64,000 nucleotides of DNA, taken from NCBI GenBank assembly GCA_013416795.1, contig RQSC01000026.1:512330-576329 (forward strand), in the 5' to 3' direction. Source of the stretch: Prasinococcaceae sp. CCMP 1430 (Eukaryota; Plantae; Prasinodermophyta). Position numbers and translations under genes: made by a program. Below, in pieces: positions 28,747-40,100 of this stretch (positions are counted from its first letter, which is position 1; every line of letters begins with the position of its first letter). Below the pieces are notes generated by a model. The model saw only the letters and a list, made by a program, of their open reading frames with translations, was not told where the DNA came from and made no database searches.

Positions 28747-29387
28747 TCAAACCGCGCCTTCGAGCGCGAGCGTGGTCGCCAACGCGAACGAGGCGAGCAC
28801 GCAACCGGCACCAATGAAGTCACCGAGGACAGGGCCGCTGTCCCTCTCTCCGGGAGGAAAATACTTGTCGGCGGCGACGCGCGGCGGGTCGAAGCCGCTG
28901 CCCGCGAGCGGAGTGGGATTGCAGCGGCCAAGGCGCCAGGCTGTGAGGAGCGTCCCACGCCTACGGTCGCGAGCGTCAGCTTTTGTGCACAAGGACCGCG
29001 CACGCCCACGCACGTGCTTCGCGCTGCGCTCCTGCGCGCGACGTACCAGACGCCGTACTGCGTGTAGCACTCGATGGAGTACTCGGAGCACGAAGGCACG
29101 TACCGACACGCGCGGGGAAGAAGTGGAGAGATCTCGCGACGGTAGAAGCCGAGTGCCGCAAGGGCGGCACGCGTCGGGACGGGTACGTCCCCGTCGCCGC
29201 CGTCGTCGCTGTCGACTTCGCCGCCACCGTTGCTATCGCCCTCGCCCTCGTCCCCGGAGGGTACAATGGCGTCTTCGTCTCCACTGGCGGCGTGGCGCAC
29301 GCCTCTCCCCGAGCGCGCGGTGGAGAGCAGCGCCGCCCGGAGGCGGCCGGCGGTGCACGCTCCACAGACGCACGCTCCACGCGGCAC
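28747..29387 (-). CDS. yidD: YidD-like membrane protein insertion efficiency factor, 2 exons (start unresolved)
   Basis: FYRREISPLLPRACRYVPSCSEYSIECYTQYG, then a GTACGT intron, then GTLLTAWRLGRCNP...GFDPP; C-terminal hydrophobic segment; TGA at 28747-28749. Confidence 0.85.
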
Positions 29388-29907
29388 CAGGCCCGCAGCC
29401 CGCGCGCGCAGCCGCGCGGGCCTCTCGCGCGCACGCCTCGGCGCACGCGTACAGCCTGGAGACCATCCTCATCGACTACTACATGGAGCGCTATTGCGGC
29501 CAGCATCAACCGCCCAGCGCGGGCCTGCGTCCCCGAGAGCGGCCGGCCGCCAGCGCCGGCGCCAGCTCGAGCGACCACGCAGCAACAGAGCGGTCGGAGG
29601 GAGCCGACTCGCTCGCCGCCGCGCGCTCGGCGCGCACGCACTGGCGCCCCCCCCGCCCCTGCCGCATGGCCCTATCATCTCATCTCGGTGCGCCGCCCAG
29701 CGCGGGAGCGACGCGAGGGCCCCACGTACGTACGTCGATGGGGTTTGGGGTTCGATTTGACTTTTGGGGGTTGGTCTCCGATTGGAAGGTTTCAGGGTCC
29801 AAACCTATCGCCTTGGCTTGGCGAGGAGGGAAGGGGTTAGCCACACGGCGCGCGTGGTGGTGGGGCGCTGGACCGCTGGCGCGGCCGACCCGCGGCCGTG
29901 GACGGTC

Positions 29908-31191
29908 ATGGGGGCTGGGGCGGGCGGCGCACGGCCGTGCGAGTACATAGGCGTGACGGCCGGCGGGCTGGAGCGCTTCCTCGCCGCCGAGGTCTCCGAG
30001 CGGGGCGGCCAGGTCGCGTGGGTGCGCCGCGGTGCGGTCGCCTTCTCGCTCGAGCGAGGGTGCGCGCGCCAGCTTCGCACAGCTGACAGGATTGTCGTCG
30101 CACTCACCGATCGAGACGCCGAGCCGCAGGCCGTCGGGCGGGACAAGGACGTCGCGCTGGAAACAACTGAGGAGACGGCACGGGCATGCACGCGAGCAAA
30201 TTGCAAAGCGGCGCTCGAGATAGTGCGCGCTTGGCGCTGCGCCGAGTGCAGTGGCGATGATGATGTCCCGGCGGATGCAGACGTTTCCTTCCGAGTGACA
30301 TGCAAGCGAACGGTCGCGACGCACATCGGAGGCGCGCAACAGCAAAAGCAGGCATTCTGCAGTGTAGACGCGGCCGGCGCCTTTGGTGCCGGCGTCGCGG
30401 AGGCGGCTGGATGGCGCGTCTCCCTGCGCGCGTGGCACATCGACGTGTTCCTGCTCATCGAGGACGATGCGCTCGCGTTTGCTGGCCTTGAGCTCTTGCG
30501 GACGACGACGCTGAAGGGCAGGGCGATGTCGGTGCCGCTGTATGCGCTGAGGCCGTGGCGTGCTTCCCTCGTGGAGACAGCGCTGAAGCCTAGTGTTGCG
30601 CGTGCGCTGCTCGCCGAGGCGCGCGTCACTGCCGGAGACATCGTGGTGGATCCCTGCGGCGGGGGAATGACTATCCCGCTTGAGGCGGCCGACGTGCAGG
30701 CGGGACCGTGCCAATACGCCTGCGTCGGCATTGGTGGGGACGTCGACGCCGACCCGCTCGTGTGCGCGATGGCGAACGCAGAAGCTGCTGGGCGTCATGC
30801 GCCGGCAGTCGGCGTGCTCAGGTGGGACGGTGGGGCGCTCCCGCTGCGCTCGGGGATTGCAGACGCCGTCGTGTCGGACCTGCCTTTTGGCAAGAGGTGC
30901 GGCAAGCCTGGGCAACGGGGTGGTCTGTATTCCCGGGTCGCGCGCGAGGCCGCGCGGCTGCTGCGTCCCGGCGGGAGGGCTGTCTTTCTATGCTGTGGAA
31001 AAAAATCTTTCGATGTGCTGGAGGCAGGCGGGCGTGGGTTTCTCAAGGCGCTGGCGAGAGAGCGAATCACCATGGAGCTCGAGGCCACCATGTGCGTGTT
31101 CGAGCGCGTCGGCGGCGCGTATGTCGGGCTAGCGGCTGAGGCGAGTTGCGCCGACGGGAGCAACACCAATGGTGCGGCGAGCAACGGATAA
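29908..31191 (+). CDS. THUMP-domain SAM-dependent RNA (N2-guanine) methyltransferase, THUMPD2/3-Trm14-like
   Basis: GLERFLAAEV, SFRVTCKR, TALKPSVARAL, IVVDPCGGGMTIPLEA, WDGGALPLR, DAVVSDLPFGKR. Confidence 0.8.
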   Translation: MGAGAGGARPCEYIGVTAGGLERFLAAEVSERGGQVAWVRRGAVAFSLERGCARQLRTADRIVVALTDRDAEPQAVGRDKDVALETTEETARACTRANCKAALEIVRAWRCAECSGDDDVPADADVSFRVTCKRTVATHIGGAQQQKQAFCSVDAAGAFGAGVAEAAGWRVSLRAWHIDVFLLIEDDALAFAGLELLRTTTLKGRAMSVPLYALRPWRASLVETALKPSVARALLAEARVTAGDIVVDPCGGGMTIPLEAADVQAGPCQYACVGIGGDVDADPLVCAMANAEAAGRHAPAVGVLRWDGGALPLRSGIADAVVSDLPFGKRCGKPGQRGGLYSRVAREAARLLRPGGRAVFLCCGKKSFDVLEAGGRGFLKALARERITMELEATMCVFERVGGAYVGLAAEASCADGSNTNGAASNG

Positions 31192-31266
31192 TAATACTTT
31201 TAGTTGACCATTAGGATTGCGGCCACGCCTGGACCACAGCGGCGGCTGCGCCGGCCACTGCAGCGA

Positions 31267-32677
31267 CTAGCTGAAGTGTCCGCTGTCTTTGAGTGCCGCG
31301 CTAATGTCGGCGTCGGTGACGCCGCCGACCGGCACGAAGGTCTCACCGGTGATGGACTCGTACAGCAGCACGTAGCGTCTGCTGAGCTCGGTAACGAGCT
31401 CGACGGGCGCTTCAGGGAGCGTCTCGTCGTTGTAAGGGTCGCAGTTGGCTGCAAACCACAGGCGGAGGAATTCTGCGGGCGCGAGAGCAGGTCAGCATGC
31501 CGCCCACGGCATGGGCGACTCGCATGGCAGCGTGCGACGAAGCCCTCACCGCCAGCCGGCGGCGCGCAGCGACGCGCACTCACCCTTGTCGATGTTTTCC
31601 GGCTCCTCCCCGGCCGCGTGGCGCTCTTCGTACGAGTGTGCTAGCCAGTACCTGCTCGAGTCGGGCGTGTGCACCTCGTCCACCACGCGGATAGTTCCGT
31701 CGGCGTCCTGTCACGAGGCGGCGGGTGCTATCTGTCAGCGTCGCCGTAGGCGAATGCGCAGGGCGAGCTCGCCGCCGCGCAGCCGCAGCGCTCACCTTTC
31801 CGAACTCGTACTTGGTATCCACCAGGAGGAAGCCCTTCGACGCCGCAACCTCCTGTCCGCGCTTGAAGAGCTCCTTCGCGAGCCGGGCCGTCTCCTCGGC
31901 ATCCTCACGGCTCATGAGGCCGCGCTCGATGACACCCTCGAGGCTGATGGGCTCGTCGTGGTCGGCGGCTTTCGTGGTGGGCGTAAGCACGGGCTCGCTC
32001 AGTTGGTCGTTCTTCCGAAGCCCATCGGGGAACGAGTTGCCGCAGTACTCGCGCTCGCCGTTGTTGTAGTGCGTCCACAGCGACGTCGAGGTCGACCCCG
32101 TGATGAAGCCGCGCATGACGAACTCGACCGGGAAGACCTCGCACTTCTTCATCACGGACACGTTGGGGTGTGGCGTCGAGAGCAGCGCGTTGGGCACAAT
32201 GTCCTGCGTCTGATCGAACCACCACCGCGCCACGCCGTTGAGCACCTGGCCCTTGAACGGGATGGACGCCAGGATACGGTCGAAGGCGCTCTGGCGGTCG
32301 GTCGTGACGATGGTGAACAGCCCGTCGTCGCCGGCGTAGTACGTGTCGCGGACCTTGCCCTCGGTGCGTGCACCGAAGCCCTCCAGATGCGTGGTTCCTA
32401 GGCAGTCACCCTCTTCCACCGCGCGCGACACATACGCCGGCGCGGGGCCCTCCACCTTGACGACGGGCGCGTCTGCCGCGGCCGCGCGCGCGGCCGCGCG
32501 GCGGGAGCCGCGGGGATGGAGAGCCGCGCCGCGCAGCGCCGCCCAGGCGGGGTGTGTCTGTGTCGCCCCCGCCTGCCGCACGCGGCGGCGTGCGAGGAGT
32601 GCGCGGCGCTTTTCGCCAGCCGCCGCATGCGGCGTCGCGTCGCACCACTCGACCGTAAAGTCAATACCACTTTGCAT
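31267..32677 (-). CDS. purC: SAICAR synthetase, plastid-targeted, 3 exons
   Basis: [54 protein letters not shown]|DADG...[14 protein letters not shown]|EFLRLWF; GT-AG introns with GCTGAC branch (e.g. 31796-31709). Confidence 0.92.
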
Positions 32678-32999
32678 TCTCCGTCGCGCATTTCGGAATT
32701 CAATTGCCGCAACCTTCGTTTTGTTCGTGTTTGTTTGGTTTGGGCGTGTTCCCGCGGGCGCCCGCCGGGGCTGGCTGAGGGCGGCGGCGGGGGCGGGCGC
32801 TGCGCTGTGCGCGGGCGTGCAGGAGAGCGCGCCTCTGTCGGCTTGTGCGTGCGTGCGTGTGTGCAGGCGGGCGCGCGAACGCGCTGTGCAGGTGGCTGTG
32901 TGGGGGGAAGGGCGCAGCCACAGAGCGCGCCGGGTGCAGCGCGGCGCGGCGTGAGGCGCGCGCGCGAAGGGAGTGGGCGAGCGCGCGGCCGGCGGGGCC

Positions 33000-33682
33000 A
33001 TGGCGGGGGCCGGCGGCAGCGGCGTCGACGGCGTCGACGAGTGGCCCCCCGCGCTGGGCGAGGCGCTCTCGCGCTCGCTGGCGTTCCAAGGGTACCCGCT
33101 GTCGCATCCGGTGAGCCACCCGGTGTGGGCGGACGAGAGCGCGTATCCGGGCGCGTGGGATGGCGCGCGCGCACGGGCCGACGGCTCGGTCGCCTCAACA
33201 GCGCGGCGGCTCACGACGCTCACACGCGATGACGTGGCGGCGCAGGCGACAATCGAGTACTACGCGCGCGTCGCGCAGGAGAGGTTCGGCGCGGCGATGG
33301 AGGCTGCGCAGACCGCGCGCGCTGCGGCGCTCGCGCGCGTCGAGGCTGCACCGCAGCAGCGCAGAGAAAGCCTAAAGAAGGGGGCGAACGCCGCGCGCAA
33401 GGCCGCCGCTGCTGCTGCCGCCAACGCTGCAGGCGGTGGCGTCGCCACAGACTCGTCTAAGGCAGGCGTGAAGGTGCGCGCGCTCGCGCGGGCTGATGCG
33501 CGCACGCCCCATAGTGAGCGTTGGTGCTCGTGAGCATACGCGCACTCAAACGCATGTATGCGTGCGCGCTCACACACACGCGCGCGTGCACACATACACA
33601 CACCCGCGCACACACGCAGAAGGCGGCTGCCTCGCCTGTTGACAAGGCCGCGAAGAAGGCTGCCAAGCCGAGGGTGGCAGGT

Positions 33683-33713
<31 letters not shown>

Positions 33714-34138
33714 TTCAGCAGCAGCAGCAGCTTCAGCAGCAGCTGCACGCGCAGCAGCTGCAGCAGCTGCAGCTGCAGCAGCAACTGCGTCAACAGCAGC
33801 TGCAGCAGCTGCAATTGCAGCGGCAGAGCATGCAACAGCAAATGCAGCCCGCCGCGTCCGGCCTGCCGCCCCAACCCGTGCTGCAGGCGATGCCGGTGTA
33901 CCGCGGCGCGGCCGCGCAGGCGCAGCAGGTGCAAGGGGCGCCGCCGCAGGCACATCCCGCTCACTACCACGTACAGGTCGCGGCTGCCGTGGCTGGCGGG
34001 CCGGCGCTGCACCAGGTGCCGCTCCAGCAGCAGCAGGTGCAGCCGTCGCACCAGCAGGTGGCGTTGCAGCAGCCGAAAGCCCCGCAGCAGGGCGCGCACC
34101 CCGCGCAGCAGCACCAAGCGCCAGGCACAGCGCAATAG
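33000..34138 (+). CDS. Glutamine-rich hypothetical protein, 2 exons (intron 33474-33619)
   Basis: GC3-rich exon 1, GTGCGC...CAG intron, exon 2 with a (CAG)n polyQ tract; no family recognised. Confidence 0.6.
33686..33842 (+). repeat. (CAG)n-rich coding microsatellite (polyQ)
   Basis: Runs of CAG interrupted by CTT/CTG/CAA in exon 2 of the Gln-rich gene. Confidence 0.9.
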
Positions 34139-34455
34139 CACACTACTAGTCTAGGCGAGCGAAATAATCACGGTCGGATGAGATCGAGTTTCGTTCGTGC
34201 GCATGCACGGCCGCTACATCGCCACCGCCGCACGAGGCGTCCCCGGGGCAACGGCTCCCACCTGCTCAAAGCGCGCGATCAGAACCGCACGCGCCTCGGC
34301 GAGCGCGTCGGCGCCCGCGCCAGCGGCGCCCCTTCATCGCCAGCTAGGGCCTGCTTTGCCACCGCGCTCCTCGAGCGCGTCGGCCCGAGGTCCTGCTCAG
34401 ACATGCGATCCAGTTTTACGCTGGTGCCCCCCGCGCAGCAGCGTGCCAAGCTAGA

Positions 34456-36480
34456 TCAGAAGACGAGGGGGCACAGCATGACCGAGCCGTTGGTGAAGGC
34501 CGCGGCGAGCGTGCGCCGGCTGGTGCGCGCGCCCGCGCGCTGCGAGTGGAGTGCGACGCGTGGCGCGGCATGGCGCTCGGCCTCGCTGCCGAGGGAGGAG
34601 GCGCGCGGGCCCTCCACGGCGCCCACCAGCGACAGCGAGAGCACGGGGTCCAGGCGCGACGACAGCAGCACGACGCGCCCACCGGCCGTTGCCACGGCAA
34701 GGCGCTCGCCCGTCGAGTCCCACGCAAGCGAGCGCACCGACGGGGGCGACGGCGCGCCATCGCCGTCCGCGGCGGGCATCGGTAGATCCACAGGCAGCAG
34801 CTGCGCGTCAAGCGACGGCGGTCCCAGCGTAAAATGCAGAGCTACCAGCGGAGCGGCCTGGGCGGCGCGTGAGGGCAGAGCGAGGTGGTGCATCGAATGA
34901 GCACATGAGGGGCGGGTGGGTGAGCAAGGGGTCAGCAGCAGGCTGGCTAGAGCACGGGTCGCACGCGCCCACGGCCGCGCCGACCGAGCGCGCACCTTCT
35001 CCAGTGCGAGCAGCAGCACATTCCCCTCCGGATTCCAGCACGCATCGTACACGTGGCCGTGCCCGCCCGCCCACGACATTGACTTCCAGCTGTCCGTATG
35101 CCACACCCTGAACCGCCCCCCGCTGCCATGCGAGGCGAAGAGGTAGTCGCCACCGGGCGACCACCGCAGCACGCCAACCTCGCCAGCGCGACGCCACAGC
35201 GGGGTCGGCACGCGAGCCGCCGCGTCCCACACAACCACGGACACCCCCCCGGAGCTGGCGCCGCTCCCGAGCCTCTGGCCATCGGGGCTCCACGCGAGCG
35301 AGCTCACTCCGCAGTGCCCACCGCACCGCATGAGCGTCATGGTCTCCGTGCCTGCGTCTGCGCCACCCTTCCTGCCGCCGCCACCAGCGCCGGCGCTGCT
35401 ACCGCGGGCGGCCCCCTTCCAACCCGCCTCTAGACCCTTCCAGAGGGCCACGCCCTCAGCGCATCCCACCGCCAACGTGCCCGGGTGCGACGGGCGCCAC
35501 GCGAGCGCACGAGCGTCCGTCTGGAGGGCGCTGGAGAGCACCGCCGGCGCGCGCAGGCCGAGCGCGGCGTTCGCGAGCGCCATGAGCGCATCCTCCAGCT
35601 GCGAAGCGACGTCGGCAGCAGCAGCCCCATCGTCGGCATGCTCATCGATAGCCCGCGCCCGAATGGCGGAGTCGATCGCCTTGGAGGCCGCCTCGACCTC
35701 CATGCTGCCCTCGACGGACACACCCGACAGCAGCGCTGCCGCCTCATGCATGTGATGGAGCAGCGCGTCGGCGCCCCCGCCGTCGGCAGCAGCACGTTCG
35801 CGCGCTTGAAGGAGCTGCGCGAGCGCGTGCGCAGCAATCCGCGCGGCAGCAGGCGACGGAGGCTCCATGTTCTCCAGATCGTACACGACCACCTCGCCCG
35901 ACGCGCGCGCCACTGCCAGCGCCAGCCGCTCGGGGTGCAGCGCGATGGGCGGGGGCTGTGGCCCGCGCGTGCCCTCGGCGGCGGCGGCACCGCCGCCTAT
36001 GAGGCCGCGCACGACGGAAGACGCCTTGTCCGTCCAACCAGCGATCACCTCAGCGAGAGCCTCGCGCGCCCGCTCAGCGGAGGCCTTGGACACCGTCGCC
36101 GCGCCCGAGCGGCGCAGGTAGCTGCGCGTCCCGTCGGCGGCAAGCCGCTCGGAGAAGCCGGCGGCGGCGCTGCCAGCACTCCCGCCGCGCGCCCCACCGC
36201 GGCTGGCCGCTTCGGCGCGCACTTCAGGGAGCACCGCCCCGCGCATCAGCATGTCCTCCACATCACGCTCGCACCCCGCTGCCACTAGCGTGCGGTGCAC
36301 CTCGCACAATGTCGGCCGCGTGTAGCCGCCGCCGCCGCGGCGCGGTCGGCGGCGGTAGCGCTTGCGCGCGGCGTCGCGCTCGCGGCGCCCTGCGCGCGGG
36401 CGGTTCTGGCCCGATCCTCCCTGTGCGTGCGTCGACACGGCGTCACCCCTCCTCCCACCCCAATCCCTCGCTCCCACCAC
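34456..36480 (-). CDS. AAAS: Aladin (AAAS)-like WD40 nucleoporin (intron 34995-34858; start uncertain)
   Basis: LAWRP...LAVGC..GVALW, GHCGVSSLAWSPDG, LRWSPGGDYLFA, FRVWHTDSWKSMSW, ACWNPEGNVLL, LAWDSTGERLAV. Confidence 0.75.
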   Translation of the reverse strand: MVGARDWGGRRGDAVSTHAQGGSGQNRPRAGRRERDAARKRYRRRPRRGGGGYTRPTLCEVHRTLVAAGCERDVEDMLMRGAVLPEVRAEAASRGGARGGSAGSAAAGFSERLAADGTRSYLRRSGAATVSKASAERAREALAEVIAGWTDKASSVVRGLIGGGAAAAEGTRGPQPPPIALHPERLALAVARASGEVVVYDLENMEPPSPAAARIAAHALAQLLQARERAAADGGGADALLHHMHEAAALLSGVSVEGSMEVEAASKAIDSAIRARAIDEHADDGAAAADVASQLEDALMALANAALGLRAPAVLSSALQTDARALAWRPSHPGTLAVGCAEGVALWKGLEAGWKGAARGSSAGAGGGGRKGGADAGTETMTLMRCGGHCGVSSLAWSPDGQRLGSGASSGGVSVVVWDAAARVPTPLWRRAGEVGVLRWSPGGDYLFASHGSGGRFRVWHTDSWKSMSWAGGHGHVYDACWNPEGNVLLLALEKVRARSARPWARATRALASLLLTPCSPTRPSCAHSMHHLALPSRAAQAAPLVALHFTLGPPSLDAQLLPVDLPMPAADGDGAPSPPSVRSLAWDSTGERLAVATAGGRVVLLSSRLDPVLSLSLVGAVEGPRASSLGSEAERHAAPRVALHSQRAGARTSRRTLAAAFTNGSVMLCPLVF

Positions 36481-36709
36481 CCGCCGCGCGCGCCTCTCCC
36501 GCCCTCCCGCGCGCGCCTGTGTGGCCTCCGCGAGCGCGCGCGCCGCGCGAGTACGAACTGAACGTCCCAGGGGAGGGGGGGGGGCGCGTCAAACGTGAAA
36601 CCGCGTTCCGAATACCAAGCCCAGGTCTAAGGGGTGCACGGACCTGGGTGGGAAACTACATTGATCCGTTAGACCAGCGAAGAGACCCGGGTTCTATTGC
36701 GAACGCCCC

Positions 36710-37524
36710 CTAGCAGATGCGCCGGAGCTCGACGACGAAGACGAGCGTGGCGTCGCCGGGGATCTCGGGAGGGGAGCCGCGCTTGCCGTACCCGAGCTTG
36801 GGCGGCACCGTCAGCCGCCGGCGCTCGCCCTCGCGCATGCCTGCGACGCCCTGGTCCCAGCCCTTGATCACCTCGCCTGCGCCAAGCGTGAACTTGAACG
36901 ACTTGGCCGCATCGAACTGCGAGCCGTCGGACGCGAGCGTGCCAACGTAGCTCATGTCGACCTCGTCGCCGCGCTCGGCCAGGGCGCCGCCCTCACGCCC
37001 TTCGCGCAGCGTCTCCACGCCCACGGATTCGCCCTCCTTGGGCTTGAGCACCACGCCCGGCAGTGCGAACTGGGCGGCCGCGAGGAGCGCAGCAGCAGTC
37101 AGCACACGTCGCACATTCGCGGCGGGCGCCCCATGAGCATTCGACTCACTCTCTGTGTCCCCCGCGCCTCCAGCTTTCCCTTCGCCACGCCCTGAGCGAG
37201 CGCCTTCTTGAACGCCGTCGCCTTCACCTCCCCGTATGCCTTATCGCAGAACTTCTTGATCGCCTGCCTCGAGGCGCCCGCGGGGTCGGCGAGCGCGTCG
37301 ATCGCGGCGATGACCTGGCAGCGCACGAGCGGGCGGGGAGGACGCGTCGGCACAGGCGCGTGCGATAATGTCAGCATTGCCCGTGTGCCGCTCGCAGCCC
37401 AGGCGCGTTCGCAGCACCTCGGACTTCTAGCGAGCTTGCGGCAGCGCGGCCGCGCGGAGCGGAGCGGCGTTGTACAGGTACACACCTTGTCGAGCACCGT
37501 CTTGGGCGCCTTAGGCGGCGGCAT
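36710..37524 (-). CDS. Linker-histone H1 (H15 winged helix) - FKBP peptidyl-prolyl isomerase fusion, 3 exons (37524-37486, 37314-37150, 37069-36710), 187 aa
   Basis: Spliced product [13 protein letters not shown]|[23 protein letters not shown]...[21 protein letters not shown]|FAL...[18 protein letters not shown]...[38 protein letters not shown]...[13 protein letters not shown]. Both introns are phase 0 GT-AG; intron 2 has a GCTGAC branch site. Confidence 0.82.
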
Positions 37525-37832
37525 GGCGGCGAGGCCCCGGCGCCAGTCGCGCGCCTGCGCGCAGGCGTGGGGCGCACGTCTCCAGCGCAACCCGCGTGCT
37601 GTGGCGCGCCCGCCGTGGGCGCACGCCGTGCGCAGGCCGCATGGCGCGGCCCGGCGTGACCGTGCGCGCGTAACGTAGCCGCCACTTCATGTCAATTCGC
37701 GTCAGACTCGCGCGGACTTGTACGATGTATGAACGACGGCTGCAGCGTGAGGACCAGCGACACCGACTGGATGACTTAGGGCGGGGCTCAGAGCGCGGCA
37801 GTTCTAGGAGCCTACCGTCGCGCGAGCGCATC

Positions 37833-39436
37833 CTAGGCGAGCAGCGCAGCCCCCGCGGCGGGGCCCGTGGCGAAGACGTACTCGTCGAGCCTCGCAGCGT
37901 CGGCGGTGCCCGCGGCGACGCGCGGCTTGTAGTAGGCGGCCTTGAGCGCTTCGATGAAGCCACCCACGTGCCCCGTCTCGACGAGCGACACGGTGCAGCC
38001 GCCCCAGCCGGCACCGGTGAGGCGCGCGCCAAGCGCGCCTGCGTCCTTGCACGCACGCACGAGCTCATCGAGGTCGGCGCAGCTGCAGTCGTAGTCACCC
38101 GCACAGCTCGCATGCGATTCGTCCATCAACTCGCCCAGCTTGGCGGCGACGTCCGCCGGCGCGCCGCCCGCGTCGCAGGCGGCCTTGAACGCGGAGACGC
38201 GTGCCGTCTCGGAGTACACATGGCGCGCGCGCTCCTGCAACCTGAATTCGGTCGCGTTGGCGAGGACATCCTGCGCTGCTGCGGACGCGTTGGCGAACAC
38301 CTCGGCGAGCGGCACCCCCACTGCCTTGGCGGCTTCCTCCGCGCTGTACGGCGTGGCCTTGAGTTTCTCCCCCACAGCATCGGTGGCGCCCGTCAGCCCG
38401 CCGTAGAAACGCTCCGCCTTCTTCAGCGTGTCGATTTCCGACGCGGCCGTCGACGGAGCCTCGCCAGCGGCAACGGCCAGCGCCGCTGCAGCGAGGCGGC
38501 ACTCCACCACGCGATAGTTGTACTGCGTGGCCGCGCTCACGGCCTTCTCCGACACGAAGAGCGAGTTGGCGATGACGAACGTGTACCCCTCCGGCAGCGC
38601 GACGCTCGTGGCGCGCACCGGGTTGAATTCGACGAGCTTGGCGCTGCCACGCTCGCCCAGCACGCTGATGGCCTGGTCCATGCCGCCGCTCATTGTGCCG
38701 ATGTGCTGCTCGCACTTCCGGGCGAGCTCGGCGAGCTCAGCGCGCGGAAAGTCGAGGCCGTGCGCGGCCATCACTGCGAGAGCGCTCGCAACAACAAACG
38801 CGCTGCTCGACGACACTCCGGCGCCCGCGGGCACGCGGCCGTGCACCGCGATGTCCAGCCCCGAGGGCCCGGGCACGTCGTACCCGGCCTCTGCAGCGTG
38901 TTCGAACACCCCCTTCGACGCGCGCGCGAGACACGAGCGCGTGGAACAGATTCGGCGGTTTCGGTCAGCGGCCTGATTACCATCGGCACGCCTGCGGCGC
39001 TCTCGGGGCCGCGCGCCAAGCGCGATCGCCCGATCGTCCGCACCTTGTACCCGCAAAGGAAGTAATTCGCCCACGAGTGCGCCGTGCGGTCAACCTCCTG
39101 TCGGGGGTCCGCCGGGAACTCGGCGTCGGCGTAGCGCTCGTCAACGTTGGCCAGGCGCAGCATGTCGCTCGTTGCGTTGGCACGCGCGAGCACGACAGTG
39201 TCCTGAGCGATGGCCATCGGGAGCACCGAATATCCCTCGTAGTCGATGTGCTCTCCAATGAGGTTCACACGCCCGGGGGCGCGCGCCACCACGATGGGCG
39301 CAGCGTCGCTGCCGCCTCCTCCGCCACCGTGCGCCCCCTCGAACCGAGCGCGCAGCGCCGCGAGCCGCGCGGCCGCCGCCGGCGCGTCATCGTACGCGTC
39401 CGCGAGGTCCACGAGGCGCGGCACGCGGTCCGCCAT
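37833..39436 (-). CDS. GALK: Galactokinase (GHMP family), intron 39043-38913
   Basis: RAPGRVNLIGEHIDYEGYSVLPMAI, WANYFLCGYK|G, VPAGAGVSSSSA, GGMDQ, YNYRVVECRLA, GARLTGAGWGGC. Confidence 0.93.
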
Positions 39437-40100
39437 CGTCCCGCCCCGCGCCTGCAGAGCGGGGCGCTGGGAGTGCGCGTGTGTGGGTGCGGCTGGCGCG
39501 AGGGGGCGCGAGGTGTGGCGCCGGCGTGGACGCGCGCGCATGCGAGCAGCAGCGCCGCAGCGCCCACGGCAGCGACGCGCACCCCGCTCCAAAGAGGGTT
39601 TCCGCCAACCCCAACACGCACGTCCAAACGCCTCACCACAGCGGTATCGTGACACGCCGCGACCGTTTCGGACGCGAACGTTTTGATGGGAGCAAACCCT
39701 AAATACCGCTTCCGCGGAAGAGCTTTGATCGCACGCCCCTCGAGGTCGCGCTGGGGCACGTGCGCCGTCAGCCCTGCGTTATCCGCGGGCAACGGACGGT
39801 GACGGTGTTGAATGTCGCACTGCGTTTTCTGTAAAGGACTGCGTTTTGCATTCCGATTGCCGCCCGAAAGTTCGGCGCGCGGGCACGAAATGCGGACCCA
39901 CACGCACGCACACCGCCGCGCGTGCGCGGCGAGCGGGGCGACCACAGCGGGCGCAGGCGGCGAGGCGGGCTCCGCCTCCCTTGCCCTCGCTCGAAGCCTC
40001 GAGGGGACGGCGGCCGGCCGATCGGATCGGCGCCCCCCTCTCCCCGTATCCTCCCCATCCTGGGCCCCGCGATGGCGTCGGTGGCGCGCGCGGGCGCGGC

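Noticed and set aside
27126-29387. Single 753-aa YidD-YqaJ fusion suggested by the ORF track
   Set aside because: The ORF reads through the YidD intron; the spliced YidD uses another frame and stops at 28747.
36603-36706. Assigning the hairpin to TPP riboswitch, U2 snRNA or a tRNA (GGGGTGC, TGATC..CCAGCG, GATCAATGTAGT and GACCCGGGTTC fragments)
   Set aside because: Each match is partial: no UGAGA/CCC for TPP, no Sm site or GUAGUA for U2, and no complete T stem or cloverleaf on either strand.
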